DNA from: Octopus bimaculoides
Lineage: Eukaryota
DNA length: 64,000 nt
Assembly: GCF_001194135.2 (NCBI RefSeq)
Contig: NC_068988.1
Span: 85,142,981-85,206,980 of the forward strand
Reading direction: 5' to 3'
The position numbers were made by a program, and so were the translations under genes. A model generated the notes under the pieces. It was given only the letters and a program-made list of their open reading frames with translations, made no database searches and was not told the DNA's origin. Each line of letters opens with the position of its first letter. The stretch's first letter is position 1. Shown piece after piece: positions 1 to 11,708 of this stretch.

Positions 1-290
1 AGGATTTTCGAGTGAGATCGTTGCCAGTGCCCCTGGACTGGCTTGTGTGGGTGGCACATAAAAGACACCATTTCGAGCGTGGCCGTTTTCGTGCGGGTGA
101 CACGTAAAAGCACCCACTACACTCTCTGAGTGGTTGGCGTTAGGAAGGGCATCCAACTGTAGAAACTCTGCCAAATTAGATTGGAGCCTGGTGTTGCCAT
201 CCGGTTTCACCAGTCCTCAGTCAAATCGTCCAACCCATGCTAGCATGGAAAGCGGACGTTAAACGACGATGATGATGATGATGATGATGA
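1..290 (+). mobile_element. SINE family A, 3' part, (GAT)n-tailed
   Basis: Contains tggttggcgttaggaagggcatcc...catgctagcatggaaagcggacgttaaacga(tga)n, which recurs many times in the window. Confidence 0.85.
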
Positions 291-298
291 TATATATA

Positions 299-871
299 AA
301 TGGTATTGTTATACAAGCTTAAAGCTTATAGTGATCACCGTGCAATGACTAAGGGAAATAGTCTAATAACGGGGCATATAAGCCCTCGACAGAAAAAAGA
401 AGACTTTCCTATCCATGTGAGATATTTATTAGACTATTTTCCTTAATCATTGCATGGGGATCACCATAAGCTTTAAGCTTATATAAAAATACCATTATTA
501 TTATTTATAGGATTGTAAAACGTGGCGCTGTATAAAAAACCATGTGCACTGAAAGCATATAGAAAGTTTGTTTACATAGAAATAAATATGAATTAATATA
601 GTTCTTAAATTTGACAGAAACAGGGAGGCTAATTTGCTGGGTAAAGGTAACACACTTAGTTGCATTAACAAAGCGATGTGGGTTCGTGTTCTATGTGGAT
701 AGGAAAGCCTTCCTTTTTCTGTCAAGGGCTTATATGCCCCTTTATTAGACTATTTTCCTTAGTCATTGCACGGTGGTCGTCATAAGTTCTAAGCTAATAT
801 AGAAATACCATTATTATTATTGACAGGACTGTAAAACATGGTGCCGTATAAAAAAACCATTTGCACCGAAA

Positions 872-877
<6 letters not shown>
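299..877. repeat. Compound inverted and direct repeat (foldback)
   Basis: 299-415 is inverted at 696-812 and partly at 425-496; 425-546 repeats directly at about 744-877. Confidence 0.85.
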
Positions 878-909
<32 letters not shown>

Positions 910-1007
910 CCATACATACATACCTACATATATATATAGACAGGCAGACTGACAGGTACATACATGCATGCATACTTACATACACACACACACACATACC
1001 TATATAT

Positions 1008-1147
1008 GGGCATCCAGCTGTAGAAACTCTGCCAAATCAGATTGGAGCCTGGTGTTGCCATCCGGTTTCACCAGTCCTCAGTCAAATCGTCCAACCCATG
1101 CTAGCATGGAAAGCGGACGTTAAACGATGATGATGATGATGATGATG

Positions 1148-1150
<3 letters not shown>
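1008..1150 (+). mobile_element. SINE family A, 3' fragment
   Basis: Near-identical to 147-290, ends in (GAT)n. Confidence 0.85.
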
Positions 1151-1188
<38 letters not shown>

Positions 1189-1566
1189 TCAGACGGGTAG
1201 AATTTCTACACTTCAATTCAAACACCAAACTTGTGTCTGTTATGTAAATTTCTTGCTAGAGAACAACTGGGATTTTGACAGAGTGAATGATGACATCAAT
1301 AAAGATTTAGTCAATGAAGCTTTTTGAGTAATGATATCCCTACAGATCTGTTTAATCAGATTTGTTATGAAACTATAAGAGAAAAGAGAAAATCTGAAGA
1401 GAAGAATATAGTCACAGGCAGAGACACTGACAGACAGACATGATGAAGAACAGAGATCGGATTTAGTTAAGATTTGGTAATGCAAACAACCAAATTATTA
1501 TTAATTTTAAAATCCTACTGTACTAGGGGACACTTGCTTTCATTCATTTATTCTCTCTCTCTCTCT

Positions 1567-1598
<32 letters not shown>

Positions 1599-1928
1599 AG
1601 CAGTGTGTCATCTACACATAGCTATAGAAGTTATTCATCCAAGTCATTGCATGAATGGAACTTTCTGGTGTTATTCTGTTGTTTTCCATTGGCTTGTCCA
1701 TGTTAGATATTGTCATTGTCATCATCAGTGTCATTTTAACATCTGCTTTTCTATACAGATAAGAGAGAGTTATATTGAGGCAGATTTTCTATGTTCAAAT
1801 GCTCTTCCTGTTTTCAAACCTCACCTCTTTACAAGCAAGAAAATATTTCCTCTTGTCCAGATATGTTTCACTGAAGAATGTAAACAAATATCACTGTTTG
1901 AATGATGAAGATATTTTGCAATTAGCAT

Positions 1929-1982
<54 letters not shown>

Positions 1983-2257
1983 GTATGACAGACTTCTTCA
2001 GTTTCTGTCAACTAAATTCATTCACAACATTTTGATCAGTCCAGAGCTATAGTATATGACACTCAACCAAGATGCTGTGCAGTGTGACTGAAAGTGAAAC
2101 CACATGGTTGTGAAGCAATCTTCTTAGCAACACAGTTATCCTTGCACTTATTGTATACATATAGATTTGTGTGTGTTTATTGTATAATAGTATTTGATAG
2201 CCAGTACCAGTGGATGAGCTTTATAAAGCAAACTCCAAGGTTAAAAACTTAAGTGGA

Positions 2258-2289
<32 letters not shown>

Positions 2290-2292
2290 ATA

Positions 2293-2710
2293 TACGAGGT
2301 TTGATAAAAAAGTATGGGGACTGGTGTTATAAAAAGAAAACTACATCACATATCAATTCAGCATTTAATCTCTTTCAAGGTAGTCCCCATCTGAAACTAC
2401 ACACTTTATCCAGCATCGTTTACCATTGATGGAAGCATTCCTGGAACTCAATTGCATTGTCACGTTCTCTTGGATTTCCTCAACATTTTGAAATCTTGTT
2501 GAGAGTCTTCTACTGTAAAAACTGAGCCTTGGTTTCAGGGTCATAGCCATAGACCCACAACTCCTCACCTGTTATGACCAGTTTCAAAATGTTTTCATCT
2601 TCTTCGACATAATTAAGGAGATCCTGCACAGATGAAATCTGATCTTTTTTCTTTTTTTGAGATGACCACATTCTACACTCTTTATTTCCAAGCACTGCCA
2701 TTAATAACAG
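2293..2710 (-). mobile_element. Mariner transposase relic (3' portion)
   Basis: ORF pieces LVITGEELWVYGYDPETKAQ and KRCWIKCVVSDGDYLE; TA-cgagg terminus. Confidence 0.85.
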
Positions 2711-2799
2711 AAGTGAAGAAGAATATCAGTGTGCAAGCATGATTGAGTCCAAGGTCAATACATATCGAATGGCTTCACTTTTAGTTCAGTTACTGTTTT

Positions 2800-3230
2800 T
2801 TTAATCTTTTACTTGTTTCAGCCATTTGACTGCAGCCATGCTGGAGTACGATTTTGAAGGGTTTTTAATTGACTGAATCGGCCCCAGTACTTATTTCTCC
2901 TTTTTAAGCCTGGTACTTTTTCAATCAGTCTCTTTTTACCAAACTTTTAAGTTACGAGGCTGTAAACACACCAGCACCAGTTGTCAAGTGGTGATGTGGG
3001 TGAGACGAACACAGACACAAAGACACAAGCACAAAGATACACACACACACACACACACACAAACAATCTCCTTTCGGTTTCCATCTACCAAATCCACTCA
3101 CAAGGCTTTGGCGGCCCTGAGGTTTTAGTAGAAGACACTTGTCCAAGGTACCATGCAGTGGGACTGAACCCGGAACCATGTGATTGGGAAGCAAACTTCT
3201 CACTGCACAGCTATGCTTGTGCCTATAGCA
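2800..3230 (-). mobile_element. tRNA-derived SINE family B, near full length
   Basis: tRNA-like A/B boxes (gctgtgcagt...ggttcagtccc), ccttggacaagtgtcttctact core, (TG)n spacer, tail ending gaaacaagtaaaag. Confidence 0.8.
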
Positions 3231-4312
3231 ACAGTCCCGACACATTTTGATCAGACTTCGTCAATCTGTATGGCTGCATACTTTTCAACGTTCATGTCAC
3301 CTTCAAATGTTTTGTATGCCATATTTTTAAGTGCCCTCTTTAAAATTTCATTTAATTTCAACAAAGCTTACTGAGATAATTTGTGCTTTGTATCACACAG
3401 TGCCATTAGAATCTTCAATGAAACATGCATGGATGTCTATCAATTGATTATGAAGTTGTTCTACAACTTAAACACATAAACTCACCCACATATATGTTTG
3501 TGTGTTACTTTTAAGTCTCTATCTACTGTATCCACTGCTCTACTCCCCTTTCTTATTCACTGTACCATCTCCCCACCCATGTAACATGGTATAGCACTGT
3601 ATCTGTCCATACCCCATATCTCCTACTATTACCTTTATTTACTGCAAGCCAGCACTCTCTCTCTTCACCATGTCACCCTTTATTGACATCCACCAGCTTT
3701 ACCTATTGATCATATTTATTGCTATCTTTCAATCTTTCTCTCACTACTCCACTTCTCTTACTCATAGTGAACATGCACCACTCTTCCTCTCACTCCCCTA
3801 TTATACTCACTTTCTCCTCTCATCAAACTGCTTATGTTACTTTTCTACTTACTCTCCATACTAGCAGCCAGCAAGTAGCTGCCTATCATTGTCTCTCTTC
3901 CTTGTCACTCTCCTACACTCCTATCACTCAGTCTTCCACCATACTCATACGCTTTCTTCTTTCCCCTACTTCTCTCTCCATCATCACTTACTCTTCCTTT
4001 TATCTTCTTGGTCATGTTTGCCTTGATTGAATAAAGCTTATGTAACATAGAGAAAACTCTTTAGTCTTGATGAGAACATGGCAACCCTTCTAGTGCTAGT
4101 TACAATAAAATACACCCAGTACACTCTCTCTGTAAAGTATTTGATGAACAGAGACAAAACAGAGTAGTGATAATGGTTTAGTTTTTTCAAGGGCATAACA
4201 ACTTTCCTAGAGCTTGTGCCAAAATAAAATGTATCCTATACACTTCATAAAGTGACTGGTAATAAAAAGGCAACTAGCTATAGTGACCATCCCAAACTGA
4301 AGATATAAATAT

Positions 4313-4752
4313 ACATTCATCTGCTGGGGTCTCACCATCTATGGAGTGTACTATACCAACATGCTGAGATAGTTATAAAAGGCCATTAAGACCAAATGCC
4401 TAGGCAAACAAACAAAAGGAGTCTTGTTTTATCAGGATAATGCTATAGCACACAAATCCTTGGTTTCAATGGCTGCTGTGCGTAACTGTGGTTTTCACCT
4501 CGTTGATCACCTTCCCTTTTCTCCTGAATTGGCCCCGTCTGACTATCATCTGTTCCCCCACATGAAAAAAAAACACTCGACTGTGATCCAATATCGCAAT
4601 GATTATATCATATCTACTGTTGATAACTTGTTTTGACCAACAGAATGTAAGCTTCTTTGCCAATGGGATCGCAGCACTGCAACATTGATGGAAGATAAAC
4701 CTCATTGGTCATTTGGTCACATTCCATGTCTTGGTCAGCCTGTGGACTTTTC
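4313..4752 (+). mobile_element. Mariner transposase relic (3' portion)
   Basis: FYQDNAIAH...DHLPFSPELAPSDYHLFPHMKK, a variant of the mariner YSPDLAPxD motif. Confidence 0.88.
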
Positions 4753-6075
4753 AGCCAATCCTTGTGTGTGTGTGTGTACATATACATATACACATACATG
4801 CATGCATGCATACATACATATGCATACATGCATGCAAACATACATACAAATATATATGTATATATATACACACAATAGGTTTCTTTCACTTTGTGTCTAT
4901 CAGATTCATTCAAAGGTCTTTAGTAAGCCCAGGTCTATTGTAGAAGACACTTGCCCAAGGTGCCATGTACTGGGACTGAGCCCAAGACCATATGGTTTGG
5001 AAGCAAGCTTCTCAACTACACACCTACGCATAAGATACATGTATATTACACGTGTACATGCACAGAAGACTCCACCTACCCATTCATATGCATATATGCA
5101 TCTCTGAATTTACAGCAACAGCTTTTGCTTAATAACGTCTGGTCAATTAAATGTTGATATAAGTCAATTTAACTATTATACTTTAAGATACACAGTAAAC
5201 TGGCAAACAAGATTTAACTTGCAGAAAATCATTGGATTATTGACAGTTTTACCAAAAACATTTCTGAGCAACTCTTAGTGTAGCCTAATAATAGATGTAA
5301 CAGCTTGGATATCTTGCTTTAAACTGGCCAATCAGGAACTTATGTTCGATGCATGACAGACAAGTTGATGAAAAGGAACTAGACCCATTATGTTGAGGAA
5401 TATTGCAGGTTTTTTACCAGACATTGATTTGCAATACGAATTACAAATCATCTGTTTGTCAGCCTCAGCTAATTGAAATAAGTGATATGTAGTATGATGA
5501 CCCCCCTCCTCACCCTGCTGTTTTAACGGCCAGTAGAAGTTTTGTTGGTCAGCCAATGCAGTGGACATAACCTGTACATGTGTACTACTTTATTGCATAT
5601 ATATGTGTGTATGTGTGTGTGTGTGTGTATACATACATTTAAACCTGTGTTGTCGTCGCGGTTGTCATTGCTGCTGTTGCTGTCGCCACTGTTGTTGTCA
5701 CAACACCCGATGCTGTCATTGTTGTCATCATCTTTGTCATTGTTGTTGTCATTTAACATCTACCTATCAACTGTTCTATCCTTGTATTGGTCAGGCCAGA
5801 CAATTTATTGAGGTGGAAATTTCCTGTCATCAACCCTCACCTGTTTCAAGCAAAGTAATATTTTCCCATGGCCAAACATGCCTTCACGAAAGGATGAAAA
5901 TGAAGGAAACATTTGTTTGCCAGCCAGAGAGATTGGATGCATTTTTCAAAGCTCAAACAATAAAGAGGTTGAATTGTTCCTTGCAAGATCTTTGATCTTT
6001 TGCTATTTTGAATCAGAGTTTGTCTTGCCCATGACAAACTGAAGGAATAGTGATGAGAAAGAACCAGAATGAGGT

Positions 6076-6410
6076 GATAATGATGATGATGATCATCATT
6101 TAATGTCCATTCTCGATGCTGGCATAGGTTAGACGATTTGACTGGAGCTGATAAGCTGGAGTGCTGTACCAAGTTCCAGTCTGATTTGGCATGGTTTCTA
6201 TGGCTGGGTGCCCTTCCTAACACCAACCACTCCATGAGTGTAACAGGTGCAATGACCATGACTATGATTCATGGGTGCCATCTCCATGGCACCGACAACG
6301 GCTATGACTACAATGCCTGGGTGCCATTTACATGGCACTGGCAGCAACCACGACTATGATTCATGGGTGCCCTTTACATGGCACCGTCAACAGCCATGAC
6401 TACAAAGAAT
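6076..6410 (-). mobile_element. SINE family A, diverged copy with internal tandem units of about 50 bp
   Basis: (CAT)n-ttaatgtcc start, gcccttcctaacaccaacc core, repeated gggtgcc...atggcac units. Confidence 0.75.
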
Positions 6411-6758
6411 AAAAGAAAGAGAAAGGGAATGACTGACAGGAGTGAGAGGAGGATACAAAAGAGAAAGTAAAATGAGTTTCAGAGGGAGAGCGAGAGGAGA
6501 GCGGCAGAGTAATAGAAGAATACTAGAAGAGAATGAGGGAGAGAGTTATAGGAGAGAGTGAGAACAAAGGAGGGAATAATGGAAAAATGAGTGATTGTAG
6601 CAGTTAAGTTTCTGGTCATCTCTAGAGAGTATATTTGCAATATATATATATATAGATAGATATAGGGCAGGGAATTGCCAATTAGTAATAAAATTAATAA
6701 TTAACAATTTTGCCAAGTAGTTCAGTATGAAAAAAACCTTTATCGGTAAAAAAAATTT

Positions 6759-6961
6759 ATAATCATAAATATACAGGGATTAGCATGAGTTGCTTCACCA
6801 ACATACTGAAAATTTAGAAATAGCAGTCAAAGAACTACTGATTCCAAACTACAAATTTTTTCTTTAAAATTTGTAGTTTGGAATCAGGAGTTCTTTGACT
6901 GCTATTTCTAAATTTTCAGTATGTTGGTAAAGCAACTCATGCTAATCCCTGTATATTTATG

Positions 6962-6966
<5 letters not shown>
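6759..6966. repeat. Near-perfect 101-bp inverted repeat with 6-nt loop
   Basis: 6759-6859 versus 6866-6966, two mismatches. Confidence 0.95.
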
Positions 6967-7000
<34 letters not shown>

Positions 7001-7508
7001 TTGCAATATATATATATGAATTAATGTTGACTTACCTTGCATTCAATATTTCGGGGTTATGACCCCATCTCCAGGAAATTAACGAATGTTGCAGATGTGC
7101 AGCATGTGTGTGAGTGTGTGTCACATTAATTCATATATAGCTCTACATTAATTCATGTTTGTTTTCTTATGATTTGCCTTGCATTTATTTCAAATTGTTC
7201 TGGCCTTACCCACGATCCTTTATACAATGTATTCTATACAATACTTCACAGTAACTATTCCATTATATATATCTATATATATATAAAGGATAATGAGGAA
7301 AGGAAAAATAAAAGTGTTGACATTACTTTATTCCAAGTTGGTACATATATCCAATAAAAACTCTACAAGTTGTTTCAAAACAAAACAAAAATATAATCTT
7401 TTTGAAATCACAAATTAGGCTTTCCCTCAAGAATTCATTATTGGAATAAATGGGTTCTACCAACAAAAATATAAAGACCTTTACAATAGCCCAGAAAGGA
7501 GCAAACAC

Positions 7509-7710
7509 TTAAATTATGATAGAAAGAAGTTAACCGAACGCCAGACTAATCAAAAACAGAAAAATATATAATACACTTCAGCGTTAATTCAAATGACAAT
7601 TCACAATTTATAAATACGTATTAACAACATTTGCAATCACCGTCAAAAGACGTTGATTGCAAATGTCTGTTTTTGATCAGTCTGGCATTCGGTTAACTTC
7701 TATCATAATT

Positions 7711-7713
<3 letters not shown>
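7509..7713. repeat. MITE-like inverted repeat with about 50-bp arms and an inner hairpin
   Basis: ttaaattatgatag...caaaaacaga versus tctgtttttg...ctatcataatttaa; inner hairpin 7627-7666. Confidence 0.8.
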
Positions 7714-7741
<28 letters not shown>

Positions 7742-8602
7742 CAAGTGCAGAGTGCACTGAATAACCAGCTGGAAGAGGTGATCTCCTGTGGGTTAAAATA
7801 GCAGTATCATCTGTTCTTAGAGAACACTCATGTTTAGGTGGTGATAAACATTACTTCTCAGTATAAATACTGCTTTCATCACTTATAGAGATTATCTTAA
7901 TGAGCTAGTTTGCTTGTCATGAGATATTGTTTTCTTTTTGTTTTATGCAGCCTGAACACCATATATGTACACGCGCATGTGTGTGTGCATGTTTATGAGT
8001 GGGGTGGATGTTTGAGTGAATCAGTTTGTAGTTTCCTTGTCTTCAAATGTGTATGCTTCTGGTTCTAAACAATAACTTTGTCGATGTGCTGTTTGCTTAT
8101 AGCCCACTTTGGGTGCATGTTCAGGCTGTATATTGTTTGACAGATTGGGATATTATTACATTGCTTGGAAACAAGTACAGGTTGGCAAAAGGAAGGACAT
8201 CTGACCATAGAAAAATCTGCCCTAAAAGCTTATACATTTAACCCTTTAGTGTTCACATTATTCTGCCATAATTAATGCTTTTTTTATCCACATTGTTTTG
8301 AACTAATCAAGCATTATCTTGTAGCTATGAGATTTTGATGAGGTAGCTGTTAATTTTTTAAATGTTATTGTAGGGTTGGTGTGAAAGACTAGATCTGGCC
8401 AGTTTGAACATAGAATAGGCAGAATACTTTTGGCCGGATATGGCCGGTTTAAACAATGATGAAGTATGAATATGTGCGTGTGTGAGTGTGTATGAAAAAA
8501 TAACATGTAAAACAAGTTGTTTAGTCACATATCGTTTATTAAAAACTAATTCAAAATTTATAGAATGAAGACTGGGGAATGCACATATGTGGACACATAG
8601 GT

Positions 8603-8859
8603 ATCATCATCATCATCATCGTTTAACGTCCGCTTTCCATGCTAGCATGGGTTGGACGATTTGACTGAGGACTGGTGAACCAGATGGCTACACCAGGCTC
8701 CAATCTGATTTGACAGAGTTTCTACAGCTGGATGCCCTTCCTAACACTAACCACTCCGAGAGTGTAGTGGGTGCTTTTACATGCCACCGGCACGAAGGCC
8801 AGCAGGCGCTACTGGCAAATAGTGTATTTTACGTGCCACCTGCACAGGAGCCAGTCCAG
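8603..8859 (-). mobile_element. SINE family A copy running into a gap
   Basis: Reverse complement of the 1-290 element. Confidence 0.85.
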
Positions 8860-9956
8860 NNNNNNNNNNNNNNNNNNNNNNNNNNNNNNNNNNNNNNNNN
8901 NNNNNNNNNNNNNNNNNNNNNNNNNNNNNNNNNNNNNNNNNNNNNNNNNNNNNNNNNNNNNNNNNNNNNNNNNNNNNNNNNNNNNNNNNNNNNNNNNNNN
9001 NNNNNNNNNNNNNNNNNNNNNNNNNNNNNNNNNNNNNNNNNNNNNNNNNNNNNNNNNNNNNNNNNNNNNNNNNNNNNNNNNNNNNNNNNNNNNNNNNNNN
9101 NNNNNNNNNNNNNNNNNNNNNNNNNNNNNNNNNNNNNNNNNNNNNNNNNNNNNNNNNNNNNNNNNNNNNNNNNNNNNNNNNNNNNNNNNNNNNNNNNNNN
9201 NNNNNNNNNNNNNNNNNNNNNNNNNNNNNNNNNNNNNNNNNNNNNNNNNNNNNNNNNNNNNNNNNNNNNNNNNNNNNNNNNNNNNNNNNNNNNNNNNNNN
9301 NNNNNNNNNNNNNNNNNNNNNNNNNNNNNNNNNNNNNNNNNNNNNNNNNNNNNNNNNNNNNNNNNNNNNNNNNNNNNNNNNNNNNNNNNNNNNNNNNNNN
9401 NNNNNNNNNNNNNNNNNNNNNNTTACCTTGAGAGGACCTCCAATATGGACTTGTGGTGTATGAGTGTACATTTAATTATATTGTTGACAGACATAAATGC
9501 ACTCTTTCTTATATTGTTGCTGAAACTGCCAGATCATGTGACTTTTCCTCTGTTTTGAGCTCATCAGTGACAGATATCCAGTTGCATCATAACAGATGAA
9601 TCTCCAATCAACAATATATAGAATATCAATGTCTATTCAGGCACTGATGTCACAACAGTCAGTGGGCTTATTAAAAAATATTTAATAGTGATAGAAGCAG
9701 TGTGAATACCAGAAGATAATCTTTATCTTCGAGTTAAAGATATATAGAATATCAGTGTTTAACACAGCATCATGTTAAGTAGGAGGTAAAGATATCTGCC
9801 TGCCTACATACATACATACATATATATATCATTATTATGTTTTAGTTTGTTAACACAGCTAGTCCTTGTTAGTGTCTAAAATACATCACTGTACCACATG
9901 TCACTTCTCCCAGCCCAGTATTTAAGATAAAGGGTCCAGAATCAATGATAATAAAT

Positions 9957-9962
9957 TTTATT
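9957..9962 (-). promoter_or_regulatory. Candidate polyadenylation signal AATAAA directly after the IFT74 stop codon
   Basis: Minus strand reads ATG TGA AATAAA ATTTAT. Use not demonstrable from sequence; the hexamer is common in AT-rich DNA. Confidence 0.35.
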
Positions 9963-10078
9963 TCACATGCCAGTGTTTGACAGCAACTGTTGTAGTTGAC
10001 TGTTGTATTTATCCACAAGGAAGAACACCTGCGTCTTGATGGGTTCATAGTCACACTCTGCTGTCTTGCTGCCAATAT
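9963..10078 (-). CDS. IFT74: IFT74 terminal coding exon (116 nt to stop): YIGSKTAECDYEPIKTQVFFLVDKYNSQLQQLLSNTGM*
   Basis: Acceptor ttctcccag|AT, TGA at 9965-9963. Matches human [26 protein letters not shown]... Confidence 0.95.
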
Positions 10079-11647
10079 CTGGGAGAATTTTTAAGGAAAT
10101 ATGAGGATAGAGGTATTAGTGGTGGTACTGATGGTAGTGGTAATGATAATAGTGGTAATGGTAGTTGTAGCAGTGATGGCAGTGATGGTGATTATGGTAA
10201 TGGTGATGATGGTGGTGGTGGTGGGAAAAGATGATATTGAGACAGAAGGGCGGACATCAAAAGGAATTCCACCGGCAAACTTTGGTCAAACTGACACTAC
10301 AATAGAAGGTACTTACCTGAGGTATCATTCAGTGGAAATGAACTAATACCTACACTGATCTAGCAGCTAAGCACTGATTTGACCAATGGTCTTGAATCAG
10401 ACCAATATTGAACTATGTTGGATAATTGAGCTGTTAGAGAGTTAAATTTTCACAGCTAGACACACTTCCCACATCCTGTTGTTAACCCATCAAGTGCAAA
10501 TTAGGAAGCTCAAGGGCATAACACAATGGTTACAACTAAGTTTGATCTAATAACCATCTGATCAGTAACACAGCTTTCAGAAACCATGTTTCATATAACA
10601 ATTTTGTGCAGACATGAGTTGCTTTCTTCATAATATATAATACATGCTTCTCTCTCTCATCCTGGCTTCCCTTAGCCCAAACACATAAGCAACCAATTTT
10701 ATAAACAGATTTAAACTTTAAAATCAATACAGCCAGTTCAGGCAACAATAATAATCAATAATATTGAGTAATAGTATAAATAGATGTATTTAAATTGATT
10801 TTTTTATTAACAGATCAACTGACTTGATAGATAAGGTATTGAATTTTTTTTAAGAAAATGATTTGTGTACAGGACCCTTTTTCAGAGCCTTTTTCACATA
10901 TCAGTGGGAGAAAGGGAGGAAGTTGCACTTAGACTGGAAACTTAGCCTTAGTGCATGCAACAAAGTGCCATCCACTACAGGTACACAAGGGCCAGATGGT
11001 GGAGGTAAATGGAGATGAATTAAGCCTACCACCTAAGTTCAAAGATTTGTGAGGAGTTCAAACATGGGAATCCCAAACACCCTTCATCTATTAAACAAAG
11101 GGTCCTGCATTTCTTTCTGGCAAAATAATTTGTTTCCACTTTTATAAACTTAATCTGACTGTAGTTAGAAGACCTGTAAGATAATTATCATTATCAACAC
11201 CTATCATATTTGAATTTACATGTATTGTATTCCTGGGAAGAGTATGTGACCCACTGATCTTCAAATAACTACAATCAAACACTGCAGGTTAAACATTTCA
11301 TGTAAGGATAGGGAGAATATATTGACACACACACCCATAATGATCCCTAGTTTGTTCAGTGAACAACCAACCAGGATTCACCAGTGATCCCAACTTTATT
11401 CAATGAGTAGTTAGATCCCATCAGTAATCTCTATTTTCTTCAGTGAACAATCAGTAATCACCAGTGATCCCTACACTGTTTAATGAGCAACAAATGACGC
11501 CTACTTGTTTTTTTTTACAGTGAACTGCAGTGACCTCTGTTTTCAATAACTCAGCTGTTCCATAATTTTACATGAACTAAGTCTCTGAACAAATATGTTA
11601 TTGTTGTAGTTAAAATATGTTGTTTACTGTGTTGTCATAAAGGATAC
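10079..11647 (-). other. IFT74: U12-type (minor spliceosome) GT-AG intron, 1569 nt, last intron of IFT74
   Basis: 5' splice site GTATCCTTT (plus-strand aaaggatac 11639-11647) equals the U12 consensus RTATCCTTT. Branch site TTTCCTTAA (plus 10091-10099) lies about 12 nt from the 3' AG. The other 11 donors in the window are U2-type. Confidence 0.9.
11336..11560. repeat. Degenerate minisatellite, about 40-bp unit, inside the U12 intron
   Basis: Recurring cagtgatccc...ttcagtgaacaa / ttcaatgag units. Confidence 0.6.
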
Positions 11648-11708
11648 ATTCTTTCAAGGTGTGGTTGTTCTGTTCAAGCTGTTGCCATTTCTTTTCAAGA
11701 TTTCCAAG
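11648..11708 (-). CDS. IFT74: IFT74 penultimate exon (61 nt): LGNLEKKWQQLEQNNHTLKE
   Basis: Acceptor tttctttcag|CTT, donor AAT|GTATCCTTT. Matches human [20 protein letters not shown]. Confidence 0.96.

Noticed and set aside
5523-5995. Cys-rich and Asp/Asn-rich ORFs resembling metallothionein or acidic proteins
   Set aside because: They are translations of (TGT/TGC/CAT) trinucleotide tracts and (TG)n, with no splice or codon evidence. The same applies to the many YIYI/CVCV/HTHT and poly-V ORFs, e.g. 10101-10346 and 22360-22644.
6240-6410. Regularly spaced palindromic repeats that could look like a CRISPR array (also 35500-35610)
   Set aside because: No unique spacers and no cas genes, eukaryotic context; they are internal tandem units of SINE family A.
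8710-9558. Long ORFs at 8.7-9.5 kb, 31.0-31.8 kb, 41.8-42.8 kb and 44.7-45.1 kb
   Set aside because: They consist of X residues from N runs.
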